Shown one piece after another: positions 48,314-58,195 of a stretch of DNA of 64,000 bases. The stretch covers positions 128,001 through 192,000 of the forward strand of contig JADFZL010000003.1 in the NCBI GenBank assembly GCA_015232575.1, written 5' to 3'. The position numbers and the translations under genes are program-made. Below the pieces are notes generated by a model. The model had not been told where the DNA came from, did no database searches, and saw nothing but the letters and a program-made list of their open reading frames with translations. How positions within the stretch are numbered: the stretch's first letter is position 1; the number at the start of each line of letters is the position of its first letter. This stretch comes from Candidatus Rifleibacteriota bacterium (lineage in GTDB: Bacteria; Muiribacteriota; Ozemobacteria; Ozemobacterales; Ozemobacteraceae).

Positions 48314-48324
48314 ACTTGAAAAAT

Positions 48325-49548
48325 TCATGTATTAAGGAACTTTTCTACTGCCGTGAAATTTGGTTCGACTGGTTTTGGAAGGTCAAACAGAGATAAAGCG
48401 GAATCAATATCTTTTAATCCGTTTCCAGTTATTAGTACTACAACAGATTCGTCAGGTGAAATCTTTTTTGATTTTGAATATTTTGTGTATCCGGCGAAAG
48501 CTGTTGCAGCAGCAGGTTCGGCAAATACTCCTGATTGTTTCGGAAGATTGAGAATTGCCTGTTTAATTTCATCATCTGTAACAGAGATACAATCTCCTTT
48601 GCTTTCATTGAGTGCGCGAAGTGCTTTCAGTCTGTTACGCGGAATTCCAACTGCAATTGAGTCGGCGATAGTATCAGGATTCTGAGCTTTGAATTCACCG
48701 CTCTTGAAAGCTATTTCCATGGGATTGCATCCTGCTGCCTGAACGGCAATTATCTGTGGTAGACGATCTGAAATTCCAAGCTGCATTAGATCATAAAAAC
48801 CTTTGTATATGGCTGAAGTTATACAACCGTCTCCGAGTGAGACAAAAATTTTATCCGGAACCTTGTAGCCAAGTTGTTCCCATATTTCATATCCTACTGT
48901 TTTTTTTCCTTCAACAAGGTATGGATTATATCCGCAATTGCGGTTATAGTAGCCGTATTTTTCAGATGTTTCAATAGAAAGTTCGAATGCACGATCGTAT
49001 GTATCATCAACTATAACTGTTTTTGCTCCGTAGAGAAGAAGCTGCGCTATCTTGGCTTTAGGAGCTCTTTTGGGAACAAAGATGTATGCAGGAACACCAA
49101 GCGAAGCAGCGAATCCAGCCAGTGAACTTGCAGCATTTCCGGTGGATGCACAACAAACAGCTTTTGCACCAGCTTCAAGTGCTTTTGAAATTCCTACTGC
49201 GGATGCGCGGTCTTTCAGTGAAGCTGTTGGGTTGCGTCCTTCATCTTTAATATATACTTTTCTCAGTCCAAATTCTTTTTCAGCATTTTTTAAATGGTAA
49301 AGCGGTGTCATACCGACTGACAGTGGCGATATTGGCGTATAAGAATTCAGAGGAAGCAAAGATCTGTACCGCCAGAGAGTTGCTTCTGAATTTTTCTTCA
49401 GATCATCAATCTTAAAATTGATCTTTGAATAATCGTACAACACATCAAGTATTCCTTCTGAACCGCACTTTTTGCAGACAAGCAGATTTGGTTCAGGTGA
49501 ATATTCCATTGAACATTTCATACATTTGAGTGATTTTATGGTTGACAC
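48325..49548 (-). CDS. thrC: threonine synthase with N-terminal zinc ribbon
   Basis: CMKCSMEY...CKKCGSEG ribbon; PLP-lysine motif SLKDRASAVG; TGNAASSLA. Confidence 0.85.
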   Translation of the reverse strand: MSTIKSLKCMKCSMEYSPEPNLLVCKKCGSEGILDVLYDYSKINFKIDDLKKNSEATLWRYRSLLPLNSYTPISPLSVGMTPLYHLKNAEKEFGLRKVYIKDEGRNPTASLKDRASAVGISKALEAGAKAVCCASTGNAASSLAGFAASLGVPAYIFVPKRAPKAKIAQLLLYGAKTVIVDDTYDRAFELSIETSEKYGYYNRNCGYNPYLVEGKKTVGYEIWEQLGYKVPDKIFVSLGDGCITSAIYKGFYDLMQLGISDRLPQIIAVQAAGCNPMEIAFKSGEFKAQNPDTIADSIAVGIPRNRLKALRALNESKGDCISVTDDEIKQAILNLPKQSGVFAEPAAATAFAGYTKYSKSKKISPDESVVVLITGNGLKDIDSALSLFDLPKPVEPNFTAVEKFLNT

Positions 49549-49594
49549 AGTGTTCTCCTAATATTTTGGCAGTTATTTAAGTGGTTTAATTCTG

Positions 49595-50242
49595 TTAAAA
49601 GCTTACTGAGTGGTCTATAGCAAGCAAATGGTTCTTGATATCCCATTTATCGCCAGCTTTCTTGTATTCCCGGGCAAAATAAATTTCAAGTGATTCATTC
49701 TTTTTTGTTTTGAATTTGAGTCCAATTCCGGGAAGAGTTGCATTGAACATAAATTTGTCAATATCATAATAGAGTTTGTTAAGTAACATAACCGATATTT
49801 TATTCTTTTTTGTCGGAATATAAATTCTTACTCTGTTTGCATAGCGATGTTTTAAGTATCTGTTTTCGAATTGTCTGTACTCATAGCGATGTCTTATTTC
49901 ATAATTTGCTTTTCCAATTTTGTTAAAATACTCAAGATTCATGTGATAACGATGTTCCGATGGAGCTCCTGTATTTGTTGATCCTAACTGAATGTGTCGA
50001 TATCTTGGGGTCAAAACCCATCTTTTGCCGATCTTTTTGCTGATTCCAACGTCAACACTGTACTGATCCTGGTCGGCAAACGATTCATCAGATTTTCCGG
50101 CCAGCTCCATTTTAAATGACATTGTATTGTTAATTTTGTATGAGAATTTCTCTGTTAACTGAAGTTTGTCATCAGAAGCTCCGAACAGATTGCAGTTAAT
50201 GATTACCAGCATGCAAATCAGAAATGTAATCTTTGTTTTCAT
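49595..50242 (-). CDS. secreted/outer-membrane beta-barrel-like protein
   Basis: signal peptide; alternating aromatic beta-strand pattern; ends in F. Confidence 0.35.
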   Translation of the reverse strand: MKTKITFLICMLVIINCNLFGASDDKLQLTEKFSYKINNTMSFKMELAGKSDESFADQDQYSVDVGISKKIGKRWVLTPRYRHIQLGSTNTGAPSEHRYHMNLEYFNKIGKANYEIRHRYEYRQFENRYLKHRYANRVRIYIPTKKNKISVMLLNKLYYDIDKFMFNATLPGIGLKFKTKKNESLEIYFAREYKKAGDKWDIKNHLLAIDHSVSF

Positions 50243-50290
50243 ATAAACCTTTCTGTTAATAATGATATGGTGTGATAAAATTAATCTTTC

Positions 50291-51340
50291 TTATGCAGGA
50301 CTGCACCTTTTCTCCTGGAAATGGGCTGCAAGGATGAAATGATTTGGATGTGTCTGAATTTCTCCGCCACTGTCGCGTAGATCTGTTTCGAGTAATCTGA
50401 TAGTTTCAATATAAAAAAGTCTTCCTTCGATAGTGACATTTTTTATCTGATAGAATTCCAGCGAAAATCCGGCCCAGATGTCGAATAGATAACGCTTTGC
50501 CGGAACAATCAGGACTCCTAATACCAGCAGCATTCCTACCCATAACAATGTTCCTGCTGCCGAGGCAACCATGTCCAGGGCAAAAAGTGTAGTTACAAGT
50601 ACAATTCCAATTCTTGCCTGATAGTTCATTGATGGTTTTTTATTCAAATCAGTAGAGGAAAATTCTTCAGAATTAGAAATATAATTTATAGCTGCCCATC
50701 CAATTGAAATTGCAATTATGGACGTAAATAGATTGATTCCGAGGCTCCAGACAGAGGAAACGGCTGAAAGTGTCATTTTCATATTAAATGTTTCTGCGAA
50801 TGAAAGGAAAACAAGCAGGAAAGTAAAGCAGAAAATGATTGATCCGATTGCTTTCGCTATGGTATCTGCAAAAGATTCACCGCGAAAATCCTGATTTTTA
50901 AACATTGACTCAATTTTTTCGATAAAAAAAGCGTTTCGGAAAATTCCCATAATGTTTTTTGCCAGTAAATTTCCGCAGAAAAACGCCAGTCCGGCCAGTA
51001 TTGCTACTGTCCATACACGGCCCAGAGTTTCAAAAAGCATTCCTGCAATGTTTTTATTTTTATGAACGTTGGCAATCCAGGATGCAGCAAGAAACCAGAC
51101 TGTTCCTGAAAGTAAAATTCCTATATAATCAGAAGCGCCTTTTTGATTTTTGTCTTCAACTTTAGAAAAATCAAAAGGGCTGTTGAAATGTTCGTTTATT
51201 CCAAGTTCTGTCAATTTAGAAGTGCTGAAAATTGAAACCAGTTTACCAGACACGAAAGCGATAACAAGAATCAAAAAATCAAAAAGAATAAGCTTCATAT
51301 CTTCAGGAACTTGTTTCCAGAATGCTAATAGACTTGCCAT
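50291..51340 (-). CDS. MscS-like mechanosensitive-channel family membrane protein (short C-terminus)
   Basis: multiple TM helices, then GFSLEFYQIKNVTIEGRLFYIETIRLLETDLRDSGGEIQTHPN (cf. MscS G.V..I....T......DG....IPN); start at MASLLAFWKQ. Confidence 0.4.
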   Translation of the reverse strand: MASLLAFWKQVPEDMKLILFDFLILVIAFVSGKLVSIFSTSKLTELGINEHFNSPFDFSKVEDKNQKGASDYIGILLSGTVWFLAASWIANVHKNKNIAGMLFETLGRVWTVAILAGLAFFCGNLLAKNIMGIFRNAFFIEKIESMFKNQDFRGESFADTIAKAIGSIIFCFTFLLVFLSFAETFNMKMTLSAVSSVWSLGINLFTSIIAISIGWAAINYISNSEEFSSTDLNKKPSMNYQARIGIVLVTTLFALDMVASAAGTLLWVGMLLVLGVLIVPAKRYLFDIWAGFSLEFYQIKNVTIEGRLFYIETIRLLETDLRDSGGEIQTHPNHFILAAHFQEKRCSPA

Positions 51341-51569
51341 AGGACACCCCTTCACAACGAAAATTATTTCAGGAAAGTAGATAAAACAGCCTTTTACATA
51401 CATGAATCAGGAATAACGTAAGATAAATGAATTTCATGAAAATTGTCAAATATTAAGTTGCCAGTTTCAGAGAAAACGCCCTTAATTGCCTGAATTGAAG
51501 AAGGAAAGCGACCTTTTTAACGTGATCTTTACTACCCCACCGTCCATTCCCTTAATTGCTGGTTTTATC

Positions 51570-51598
51570 TTGACATTTTTGGAAAAATTCATTAGAGT
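51570..51598 (+). promoter_or_regulatory. sigma-70-like promoter (TTGACA N17 TAGAGT) upstream of the GC-rich gene
   Basis: read directly; GGAGGAAGG RBS 7 nt before the ATG at 51730. Confidence 0.4.
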
Positions 51599-51729
51599 TT
51601 TTATATGTTTATACTGTTCCCTAATTTATTTGTTGGGACAGCTGGTTGGTATTGCTGATTTTGATTGTGGGGCAGTATTGGTTCAGGGCATAACGGTTAG
51701 AGCCGGAGGATGAAAATGGAGGAAGGCAA

Positions 51730-53268
51730 ATGTTGACTTTGAACAAATGTAGCAGGACTTTGCTGGCTGGGATTTTGGTCTTGGTATTTGTTGCTTCTCA
51801 AACTATTGCTTGGGGCGCAACTCGCGAAGAACTGATGGATAAATTCTGGAAACTTGATCAGACCTCTCAGTCCATTATGAAAGAAATATCAGCTTTGGCT
51901 GATAGGTACAAGACGGTCAAGGTATTCAGTGTCAGCGGGGACGAGATCTTCCATAACCTTCTCAAAAAGGGTTACAAGGTTGCCATCATGGTGCGCGACC
52001 TTAAAAAGGAGACGCTTGGAGAGGCAAATACTGCTGAAATGCACGACCAGTTTGCCCAGATTTGTGAGAAGAAACAACTGACCGATGATCAATTATTTCG
52101 AGTTCTGATCAGTACCCTGTCACATCTGGTCATTTATGAATATGTTAGTTTTCATTATCACCTTGCCACCATGGATGAAACCCTCATTAAACGGATGAAT
52201 GAAACTAATGTCTATGGCAGTACCGGGCATTTTGACCGTATTCAGAAGGCCTGGCTGTCCATCAATGCCCGACAACAATTTGCCAAGGCTCTCGAACTTA
52301 TCCACAATTCATCTGCTCAGCTTGACAGAATGCAGACAAATGGTGCTTTCTATCTGAGCGCTCTTCGGAAAAGGCTGGACACTTACCTTGTAGATGAACT
52401 TCGCAAATCGAGTGGCAGTTGGAACTGTCTTGGCGACTATGTGCTTGCTGCCAAGGATTTGCTGGCCAATCGAAATCGCAAACATCTGAACTGGATGGAA
52501 TATCAGCTTTCCAGGGTTTTTGGCAATGCTGTCGGTGCCATAAATATCCAGAAATTTATGAGCAATATTCCCGCTGAAGAAATGCAGCGCTTAAAAGATA
52601 AAGTTCTTAAGCCGGGTGATGTGATTCTTGAAAAGACTTCCGGAGCAATCACCGACAAATTTATTCGTGGTCATTTTGGTCATGTTGCCGTATATTTTGG
52701 CCGCCCGGATCAGCTTAAAGGGATTACCCTTTCCAATGGAACACCACTCCTGGAAACAGATGTGGTTAAGCGTTACCTCAAACGCATTGAAGATGGAGAG
52801 ACCACAGTTGAAGCCATTCGCCCCGGTACCAACCTTGCGGATATCTCAGAGTGGACTGTTACCGATCTTGCCATACTGCGCCCGACTTCTTATCCAAAAG
52901 ACAAAATTGGGGATGCCCTCTATCGATTGATCAACTACGTGGGTACCGTTTATGATTTTGCTTTTGATGTCAACACGGCCTCCATTGTAGTTTGCTCCGA
53001 AACTCCTTACCAAGTCTTCAAAGGGATCAACTTTCGCACTGCCAGATCGGCAGGACGTTACACGATATCTCCTGATGATGTGGCGGTATTGGCCGGTCCG
53101 GAGTCTTCTACTTCCAATCGTCCTTTCCAGCTGATTTATTTCAATCATGAAACCAAACCGGTTCCCAGAAATGAAATGATGGGACTATATATCAAGTTGC
53201 TTGAGATTGAAAAAAGCCGATACAACGACGTTCCAAAAAACAATCACGATTATAGCAGCCTAAAATAA
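51730..53268 (+). CDS. secreted protein with C-terminal YiiX/YebB-like permuted papain-fold (NlpC/P60-superfamily) domain; atypical GC-rich codon usage
   Basis: signal peptide; GDVILEKTSGAITDKFIRGHFGHVAVYFG ... IVVCSETPY (His then Cys, permuted order); the gene uses ctg/gcc/cgc/ggc codons unlike its neighbours. Confidence 0.45.
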   Translation: MLTLNKCSRTLLAGILVLVFVASQTIAWGATREELMDKFWKLDQTSQSIMKEISALADRYKTVKVFSVSGDEIFHNLLKKGYKVAIMVRDLKKETLGEANTAEMHDQFAQICEKKQLTDDQLFRVLISTLSHLVIYEYVSFHYHLATMDETLIKRMNETNVYGSTGHFDRIQKAWLSINARQQFAKALELIHNSSAQLDRMQTNGAFYLSALRKRLDTYLVDELRKSSGSWNCLGDYVLAAKDLLANRNRKHLNWMEYQLSRVFGNAVGAINIQKFMSNIPAEEMQRLKDKVLKPGDVILEKTSGAITDKFIRGHFGHVAVYFGRPDQLKGITLSNGTPLLETDVVKRYLKRIEDGETTVEAIRPGTNLADISEWTVTDLAILRPTSYPKDKIGDALYRLINYVGTVYDFAFDVNTASIVVCSETPYQVFKGINFRTARSAGRYTISPDDVAVLAGPESSTSNRPFQLIYFNHETKPVPRNEMMGLYIKLLEIEKSRYNDVPKNNHDYSSLK

Positions 53269-53388
53269 TCTCAGGCCATAGTTTTAGAAACTTTGAGAAG
53301 ATTGGAAAAAGATCAAAATGGTTATATAAGAAATGCCGCTAGTGATTCTCTGAATAAAAAGTAATTCATTAGATTTACCTGCCAAAAC

Positions 53389-53437
53389 ATAAAATAAACT
53401 CCATCTGAGCAAGTCCTCAGGGGAGTTTATTTTATTT
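53389..53437 (+). terminator. rho-independent terminator (AAAATAAACTCC...GGAGTTTATTTT + T-tract)
   Basis: 12-bp stem with inner hairpin, followed by tttatttg. Confidence 0.6.
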
Positions 53438-53623
53438 GCACTGGTTGCTGATCTTACAATTTTTATCTACTCAATAACCTGGGGCAATTAAAAGTAGACT
53501 CGGCTTTCAGCTGCGAATTACCCCGAAATATTTAGTAGATACCATTTTTACTCTAATGGTTATTAAATCATAAAGCGATAATTCATTCTATTGATGACAC
53601 TTTGTAATAACTTTGCATCATTT

Positions 53624-54409
53624 CTAAACGGAAATGCGCTTGCCTGAAGGGCCGCGGTGAGGGAGGCCCCATTCTGTAACACCTGCCATGGCTTCTTCAT
53701 TCAGAATCGGACCTTCAATGCATAACCGGATACCATTTCCATCAAGACAGCATTGTCCGCAGATTCCTATGCCGCATTTCATGTATCTTTCAAATGATAA
53801 TTGAACCGGAATTTGATGTTCTTTTGCAATTTGTCTGACAGCAAGAAGCATTGGTTCGGGCCCTGAGCCATATATTACTGAAGGTTTCTTTTGGAGAAGC
53901 ATCTCTTTAAGAGGCTCTGTTGCGATTCCTGATTTTCCGTAGGAACCGTCTTGAGTCATCGGATACCAGAATTCCTTTTCATTCATTTCATTTCGGAATG
54001 GGATATCATCTCGAGTTTTTGCTGCGGCGATCCATTTGAAATTAAAATTATTCTTTTTCAGGATTTGTGCAAGATATTTCAGCGGCGCGTTTCCACAGCC
54101 ACCTCCGACGATTATTGAGTTATCAGAGAGCTGAAATGTATTTCCGAACGGGCCGCGAACTCCAAGCCAGTCATTCTTTTTTAGCTGCATCATAGCATTT
54201 GTGAATTTCCCGATTGCTTTTACTGTGATTTCAATTCCAGATGCGTTTGTACCAGATATTGCAAAAGGTTTTTCATCGACTCCGGGAATCCATATCATTA
54301 CAAATTGTCCGGCATTTGCCTGTAATTGTACCGGAAGGAAAAAACTTTTCAGCGTGTCTGAATGTTGATAAATGTCAGAAATTTTCCAGGTCTGCATTGT
54401 TTCAGGCAT
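53624..54409 (-). CDS. pyrK: dihydroorotate dehydrogenase electron-transfer subunit
   Basis: FAD/NAD-binding ferredoxin-reductase fold; C-terminal CGIGICGQCC 2Fe-2S motif; overlaps pyrD. Confidence 0.8.
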   Translation of the reverse strand: MPETMQTWKISDIYQHSDTLKSFFLPVQLQANAGQFVMIWIPGVDEKPFAISGTNASGIEITVKAIGKFTNAMMQLKKNDWLGVRGPFGNTFQLSDNSIIVGGGCGNAPLKYLAQILKKNNFNFKWIAAAKTRDDIPFRNEMNEKEFWYPMTQDGSYGKSGIATEPLKEMLLQKKPSVIYGSGPEPMLLAVRQIAKEHQIPVQLSFERYMKCGIGICGQCCLDGNGIRLCIEGPILNEEAMAGVTEWGLPHRGPSGKRISV

Positions 54410-55334
54410 GGGCTTTCCCCTTTAAATCAAAGATATTTGAAAGTTCATTGGTAGTGGCATATTCTGCGAGTTTTTTGTTAATCTGGGAAAAAATATCAAG
54501 GCCGTTTTTATGAATTCCTGAACCTATTCCGATTGCTGAAGCACCAGCAAGAATAAGCTGAATTGCATCCTCAGATGATGATACTCCGCCTGTGGCTATG
54601 ATCGGAATTTTTACTGCAGAAAAGATTTCATACACGGCTTTAACGGTAAGAGGAAAGATTGATGGACCGCTGACTCCGCCGAATTTGTTTGAGAGAACAG
54701 GATTTCTGGAATTTATGTCAATGAGCATTCCGGGACCAACTGTGTTTATTGCTGTAATTGCGTCGGCTCCGGAAGCTTCGCAGCATTTTGCCGTTTCGCT
54801 CAGAGAGGCGCATTGAAGCGAAAGTTTCACAGAGACTGGAATTTTTCCTGATTTGGATTTTACTGTTTTTGTGATCTTTTCAAGTTCTTTGATATCAGAA
54901 ACAAATGGGCGGCCGAATTCTGATGCGACATTCGGGCATGAGACATTCAGTTCAATAAGTGCAATACCAGAAGGTTTCTGCGAGATTTTTTCAGCAACAA
55001 TTCCAAATTCTTCGACGGTTTTTCCGAAGATAGATGCAAAAATAGAAGTCCTGGGTGCAACTGAAGTGAATTCAGTAATTTCTTTCAACATTTCTTCGTA
55101 TCCTGGGTTAGAGAGGCCAACGGCGTTCAGGTAACCGTGTTCATACGGAATAATTGCAGGGCAGGGGTGACCTTTTCTTTCTTCGATGCTGAAAGACTTT
55201 GTTGTTACGGCTCCGGCACCGGATTCAGAGACTCTCCGCATGCTGGATGCGGAAAGTCCCATAATTCCAGAGGCAAGAACCAGCGGCGATGACATTGTAA
55301 AACCGCACAGTGATGCAGAAATTTTCTCAGCCAT
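54402..55334 (-). CDS. pyrD: dihydroorotate dehydrogenase (class 1B catalytic subunit)
   Basis: TIM-barrel DHOD motifs (GLSNPG; NTVGPGM; IIATGGV). Confidence 0.9.
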   Translation of the reverse strand: MAEKISASLCGFTMSSPLVLASGIMGLSASSMRRVSESGAGAVTTKSFSIEERKGHPCPAIIPYEHGYLNAVGLSNPGYEEMLKEITEFTSVAPRTSIFASIFGKTVEEFGIVAEKISQKPSGIALIELNVSCPNVASEFGRPFVSDIKELEKITKTVKSKSGKIPVSVKLSLQCASLSETAKCCEASGADAITAINTVGPGMLIDINSRNPVLSNKFGGVSGPSIFPLTVKAVYEIFSAVKIPIIATGGVSSSEDAIQLILAGASAIGIGSGIHKNGLDIFSQINKKLAEYATTNELSNIFDLKGKAHA

Positions 55335-55336
55335 TT

Positions 55337-55822
55337 TTATGGAAGTGCTGCCTCAAGCTCAGCGCGGGAAAAATGTCTTTCGCAGTAATTGCAGCCATAA
55401 GTAAGTGGTTCTCTTTCGAGAAGGTGAAAACATGTGTTGATGCTTTTTTCAAAGTTTGTAATACATGATGGATTAGGACACTTCAGCACCTTGTCAACAA
55501 GTTCCGGAACATCAAGAACGATCTTTTTTTCAACTGCAAAATTTTCAATTCTTTTAATTGTGACACCAGGACAAATAAGCGAAAGATGTTGAAGAAAACT
55601 TGGCGGCAACTCTTTTATCTGAAATTTAAGCAGATCTTTCCGACCAAGCCGCTTGCTGAGGTAATTCATTCCAAGTGAAATAATAATAGTCGATAATTCT
55701 TCATGACGGTGGGCAATTTCAAGAATTTTGACTCCATAACCCGATGGAATATGGTCGATGACGATTCCATTTTCAATTTTAGGAATTAGAAGTACATTTG
55801 CGTTATTATGATTATCAGTCAT
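55337..55822 (-). CDS. pyrI: aspartate carbamoyltransferase regulatory subunit
   Basis: IENGIVIDHIP; C-terminal zinc domain CPNPSC...CNYCE. Confidence 0.85.
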   Translation of the reverse strand: MTDNHNNANVLLIPKIENGIVIDHIPSGYGVKILEIAHRHEELSTIIISLGMNYLSKRLGRKDLLKFQIKELPPSFLQHLSLICPGVTIKRIENFAVEKKIVLDVPELVDKVLKCPNPSCITNFEKSINTCFHLLEREPLTYGCNYCERHFSRAELEAALP

Positions 55823-55823
55823 G

Positions 55824-56738
55824 TTAAGCTCCTATGTGATGAAGAAGTAGTGCCTGTCGCATGGTGAGACCGTATCCGACCTGTGGAAAATATCCGGCAT
55901 AAGGTGTTGAATCGATTTCAGGTGAAATTTCATTGACTCGAGGCAGTGGATGCAGAATTTTCAAAGTGCTTTTTGCACCTTTAAGGATGTTGTGATCAAT
56001 TTTGTATGAATCTTTTACTTTTTCATACTCCATGGGGTCTGGAAATCTTTCACGCTGAATTCTTGTCATGTAAACTATATCACACTCAATAATTGCCTGT
56101 TTGAGATCAACTGTTTCAACGCATTTGAAAGATTTTGTGTTGGAAGCTGTTTTAACGTATTCTGGCATTTTTAACGTATCTGGAGATACAAACATGAATT
56201 CGATTCCATCAAATTTCGAAAGGGCATGTACAAGTGAATGTACCGTTCTGGAGTATTTGAGATCACCAGCCAGAGCTATTTTAAGCCCTGAAATCCGTCC
56301 AAAAAATCTGCTGATAGTGTACAGGTCGAGAAGAGTCTGCGTTGGATGCTGGTTAGCTCCGTCTCCGGCATTAATAACCGGAAGGCGGCTCACTTCGGCC
56401 GAAAGTCTTGCTGCGCCTTCCCTCGGATGTCTTATTACGATTGCGTCGCAATACTGTTCGACAGTTTTGATTGTGTCAGCGAGAGATTCTCCCTTTGCTG
56501 TGGATGTTGAGACAACGTCAGAAAAACCAATGACGTTTCCGCCAAGTCTCAGCATTGCAGCTTCAAAGCTTAATCTAGTTCTTGTACTTGGTTCGAAAAA
56601 TAGTACTCCGAGAATTTTTCCTGCCAGCATTTTCGCTTTATCTTTGAGCGGAATCTGCTCTATTTTTTCAGCATAATTAAGGTAGTCGTTAATGTTTTTA
56701 ATACTCAAATCATCAATTGAAATAAGGTCTTTTTTCAT
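55824..56738 (-). CDS. pyrB: aspartate carbamoyltransferase catalytic subunit
   Basis: FFEPSTRTRLSFE and HPTQ motifs. Confidence 0.9.
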   Translation of the reverse strand: MKKDLISIDDLSIKNINDYLNYAEKIEQIPLKDKAKMLAGKILGVLFFEPSTRTRLSFEAAMLRLGGNVIGFSDVVSTSTAKGESLADTIKTVEQYCDAIVIRHPREGAARLSAEVSRLPVINAGDGANQHPTQTLLDLYTISRFFGRISGLKIALAGDLKYSRTVHSLVHALSKFDGIEFMFVSPDTLKMPEYVKTASNTKSFKCVETVDLKQAIIECDIVYMTRIQRERFPDPMEYEKVKDSYKIDHNILKGAKSTLKILHPLPRVNEISPEIDSTPYAGYFPQVGYGLTMRQALLLHHIGA

Positions 56739-57430
56739 AGTATTTCCTGAAGCTCCCTTTTGGTTTTTTCAAGCCATTGTACAGGTTCTTTGCTTTCGAG
56801 AAGGCTTCTTCCAACGATCAGATAATGTTTTTTGATAGATGGAAAATCAGCAGGATTTCCGCCCTGTTTTCCGAAGCCGGGTGAATAGAATTCCGAATTG
56901 GAAGGAAATTGAACCTTTTTGATAAGGTTTTCAACTATTTCACCTTTGGTAAGTGGCACTACGAAAGAAGTTACACCGCTTTCAACTGCTGACGAATACA
57001 TTTTTTCAACAGCCGAATCTTTAATGAATCCGCCTTCAGATTCAAGATATGATTTATGCGTCATTACACCGCCAACTATTACTTTCAATGACTCAGCCTT
57101 TATTGCTTCAATCCATGATTTTTCAGTGAGCGGGCCGGCTTGCGGAAAAATGATAACTTCGTTAATTCCGGATTTTGACATAACGCTTGCATAGAGTTCT
57201 CCAGTGTCTGGAATATCTGTTCCTGCTTTCTGGTGATCGTAAATAACAGGCTTATCTGAGTATTTTCGTATAATTTCAACAGCTTTTGGCAGCCCGTAAG
57301 TTAAGCCAAGTGAAAATCCAAGTTTATAACCATAAATGAATGGATGTTTTCCTGTTTCGCGGATGAGTACTTCTAATTTTGAAATGTCCTGAAAGTCTAG
57401 TGCCGGAATGATCATTACCTGTTTTTTCAT
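56735..57430 (-). CDS. pyrF: orotidine 5'-phosphate decarboxylase
   Basis: IPALDF...GYKLGF...YDHQKAGTDIPDTG (Asp-x-Lys-x-x-Asp-type active-site region); operon context. Confidence 0.7.
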   Translation of the reverse strand: MKKQVMIIPALDFQDISKLEVLIRETGKHPFIYGYKLGFSLGLTYGLPKAVEIIRKYSDKPVIYDHQKAGTDIPDTGELYASVMSKSGINEVIIFPQAGPLTEKSWIEAIKAESLKVIVGGVMTHKSYLESEGGFIKDSAVEKMYSSAVESGVTSFVVPLTKGEIVENLIKKVQFPSNSEFYSPGFGKQGGNPADFPSIKKHYLIVGRSLLESKEPVQWLEKTKRELQEIL

Positions 57431-57496
57431 GTTACTTTCTCCTGATATATTTTCGGGTTTGAGCTGGTCGTGATATGTTCAATGTATTGATTCATG

Positions 57497-57545
57497 TTAT
57501 TTCGACCGAAGGGAGAAATCTGGCATTTTCTACGTCGAGATGACA
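57497..57545. repeat. palindromic intergenic repeat, family 1, copy D (internally deleted) between pyrE and pyrF
   Basis: gttatttcgaccgaagggagaaatctgg...gtcgagatgaca; closest to copy A. Confidence 0.7.
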
Positions 57546-57589
57546 ACGAATCATGATTTCTACAACAAAAAGACGGTTCCACCCAAATC

Positions 57590-58195
57590 TTAATTGTTAA
57601 TAAACCGTCTGATGATTTCAGATCTTGGATCAGACTTTGATTCAAGATATTCAATTATTGAATGAACGGTTATCAGAGACTTGTACTCAAAATTAATCTT
57701 AGTATTTCTGGCGGTGCGGTCAACTATGACAAGATTTCTGATCTTTGTACAACCAAAAGTTTTATTCAGGTGATTAATCGCTTCTTCTTTTGTTTTTCCG
57801 TTTGTCATTACATCGTCTATTATGACTATTTCATCGTTTTTTGTGGGAAGTTTTCCGATGTAATTTCCGCCTTCACCGTGATCTTTTGATTCTTTGCGGT
57901 CATACAGAACTGGAATGTCTTTCTGAAAAAGGTTCCAGAGTGAGATTGATGCAGATGTGGCAAGAGTTATTCCTTTATAGGCGGGTCCGAATAAAATTGT
58001 TGCATCGGGAAAAAAGTCTAATAAAGCATTTGCAAGAAAGTTTCCCATTGTGGAAGATTCCTTACCGGTTTTAATCTGTCCAAGGTCAATAAAAAAAGGG
58101 GAGGAAACACCAGATTTCAGTGTAAACTCCCCAAATTTTAGAGCGCCAGAATCAATCAGCAGTTGTACAACTTCACAGGGATTGACAGTTTTCAT
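57590..58195 (-). CDS. pyrE: orotate phosphoribosyltransferase
   Basis: FGEFTLKSGVSSPFFIDL; PRPP motif VIIDDVMTNGKT. Confidence 0.85.
   Translation of the reverse strand: MKTVNPCEVVQLLIDSGALKFGEFTLKSGVSSPFFIDLGQIKTGKESSTMGNFLANALLDFFPDATILFGPAYKGITLATSASISLWNLFQKDIPVLYDRKESKDHGEGGNYIGKLPTKNDEIVIIDDVMTNGKTKEEAINHLNKTFGCTKIRNLVIVDRTARNTKINFEYKSLITVHSIIEYLESKSDPRSEIIRRFINN

Noticed and set aside
51486-51713. 75-aa ORF upstream of the GC-rich gene
   Set aside because: It overlaps the predicted promoter (-35/-10) of the downstream gene. Hydrophobic low-complexity, no RBS.
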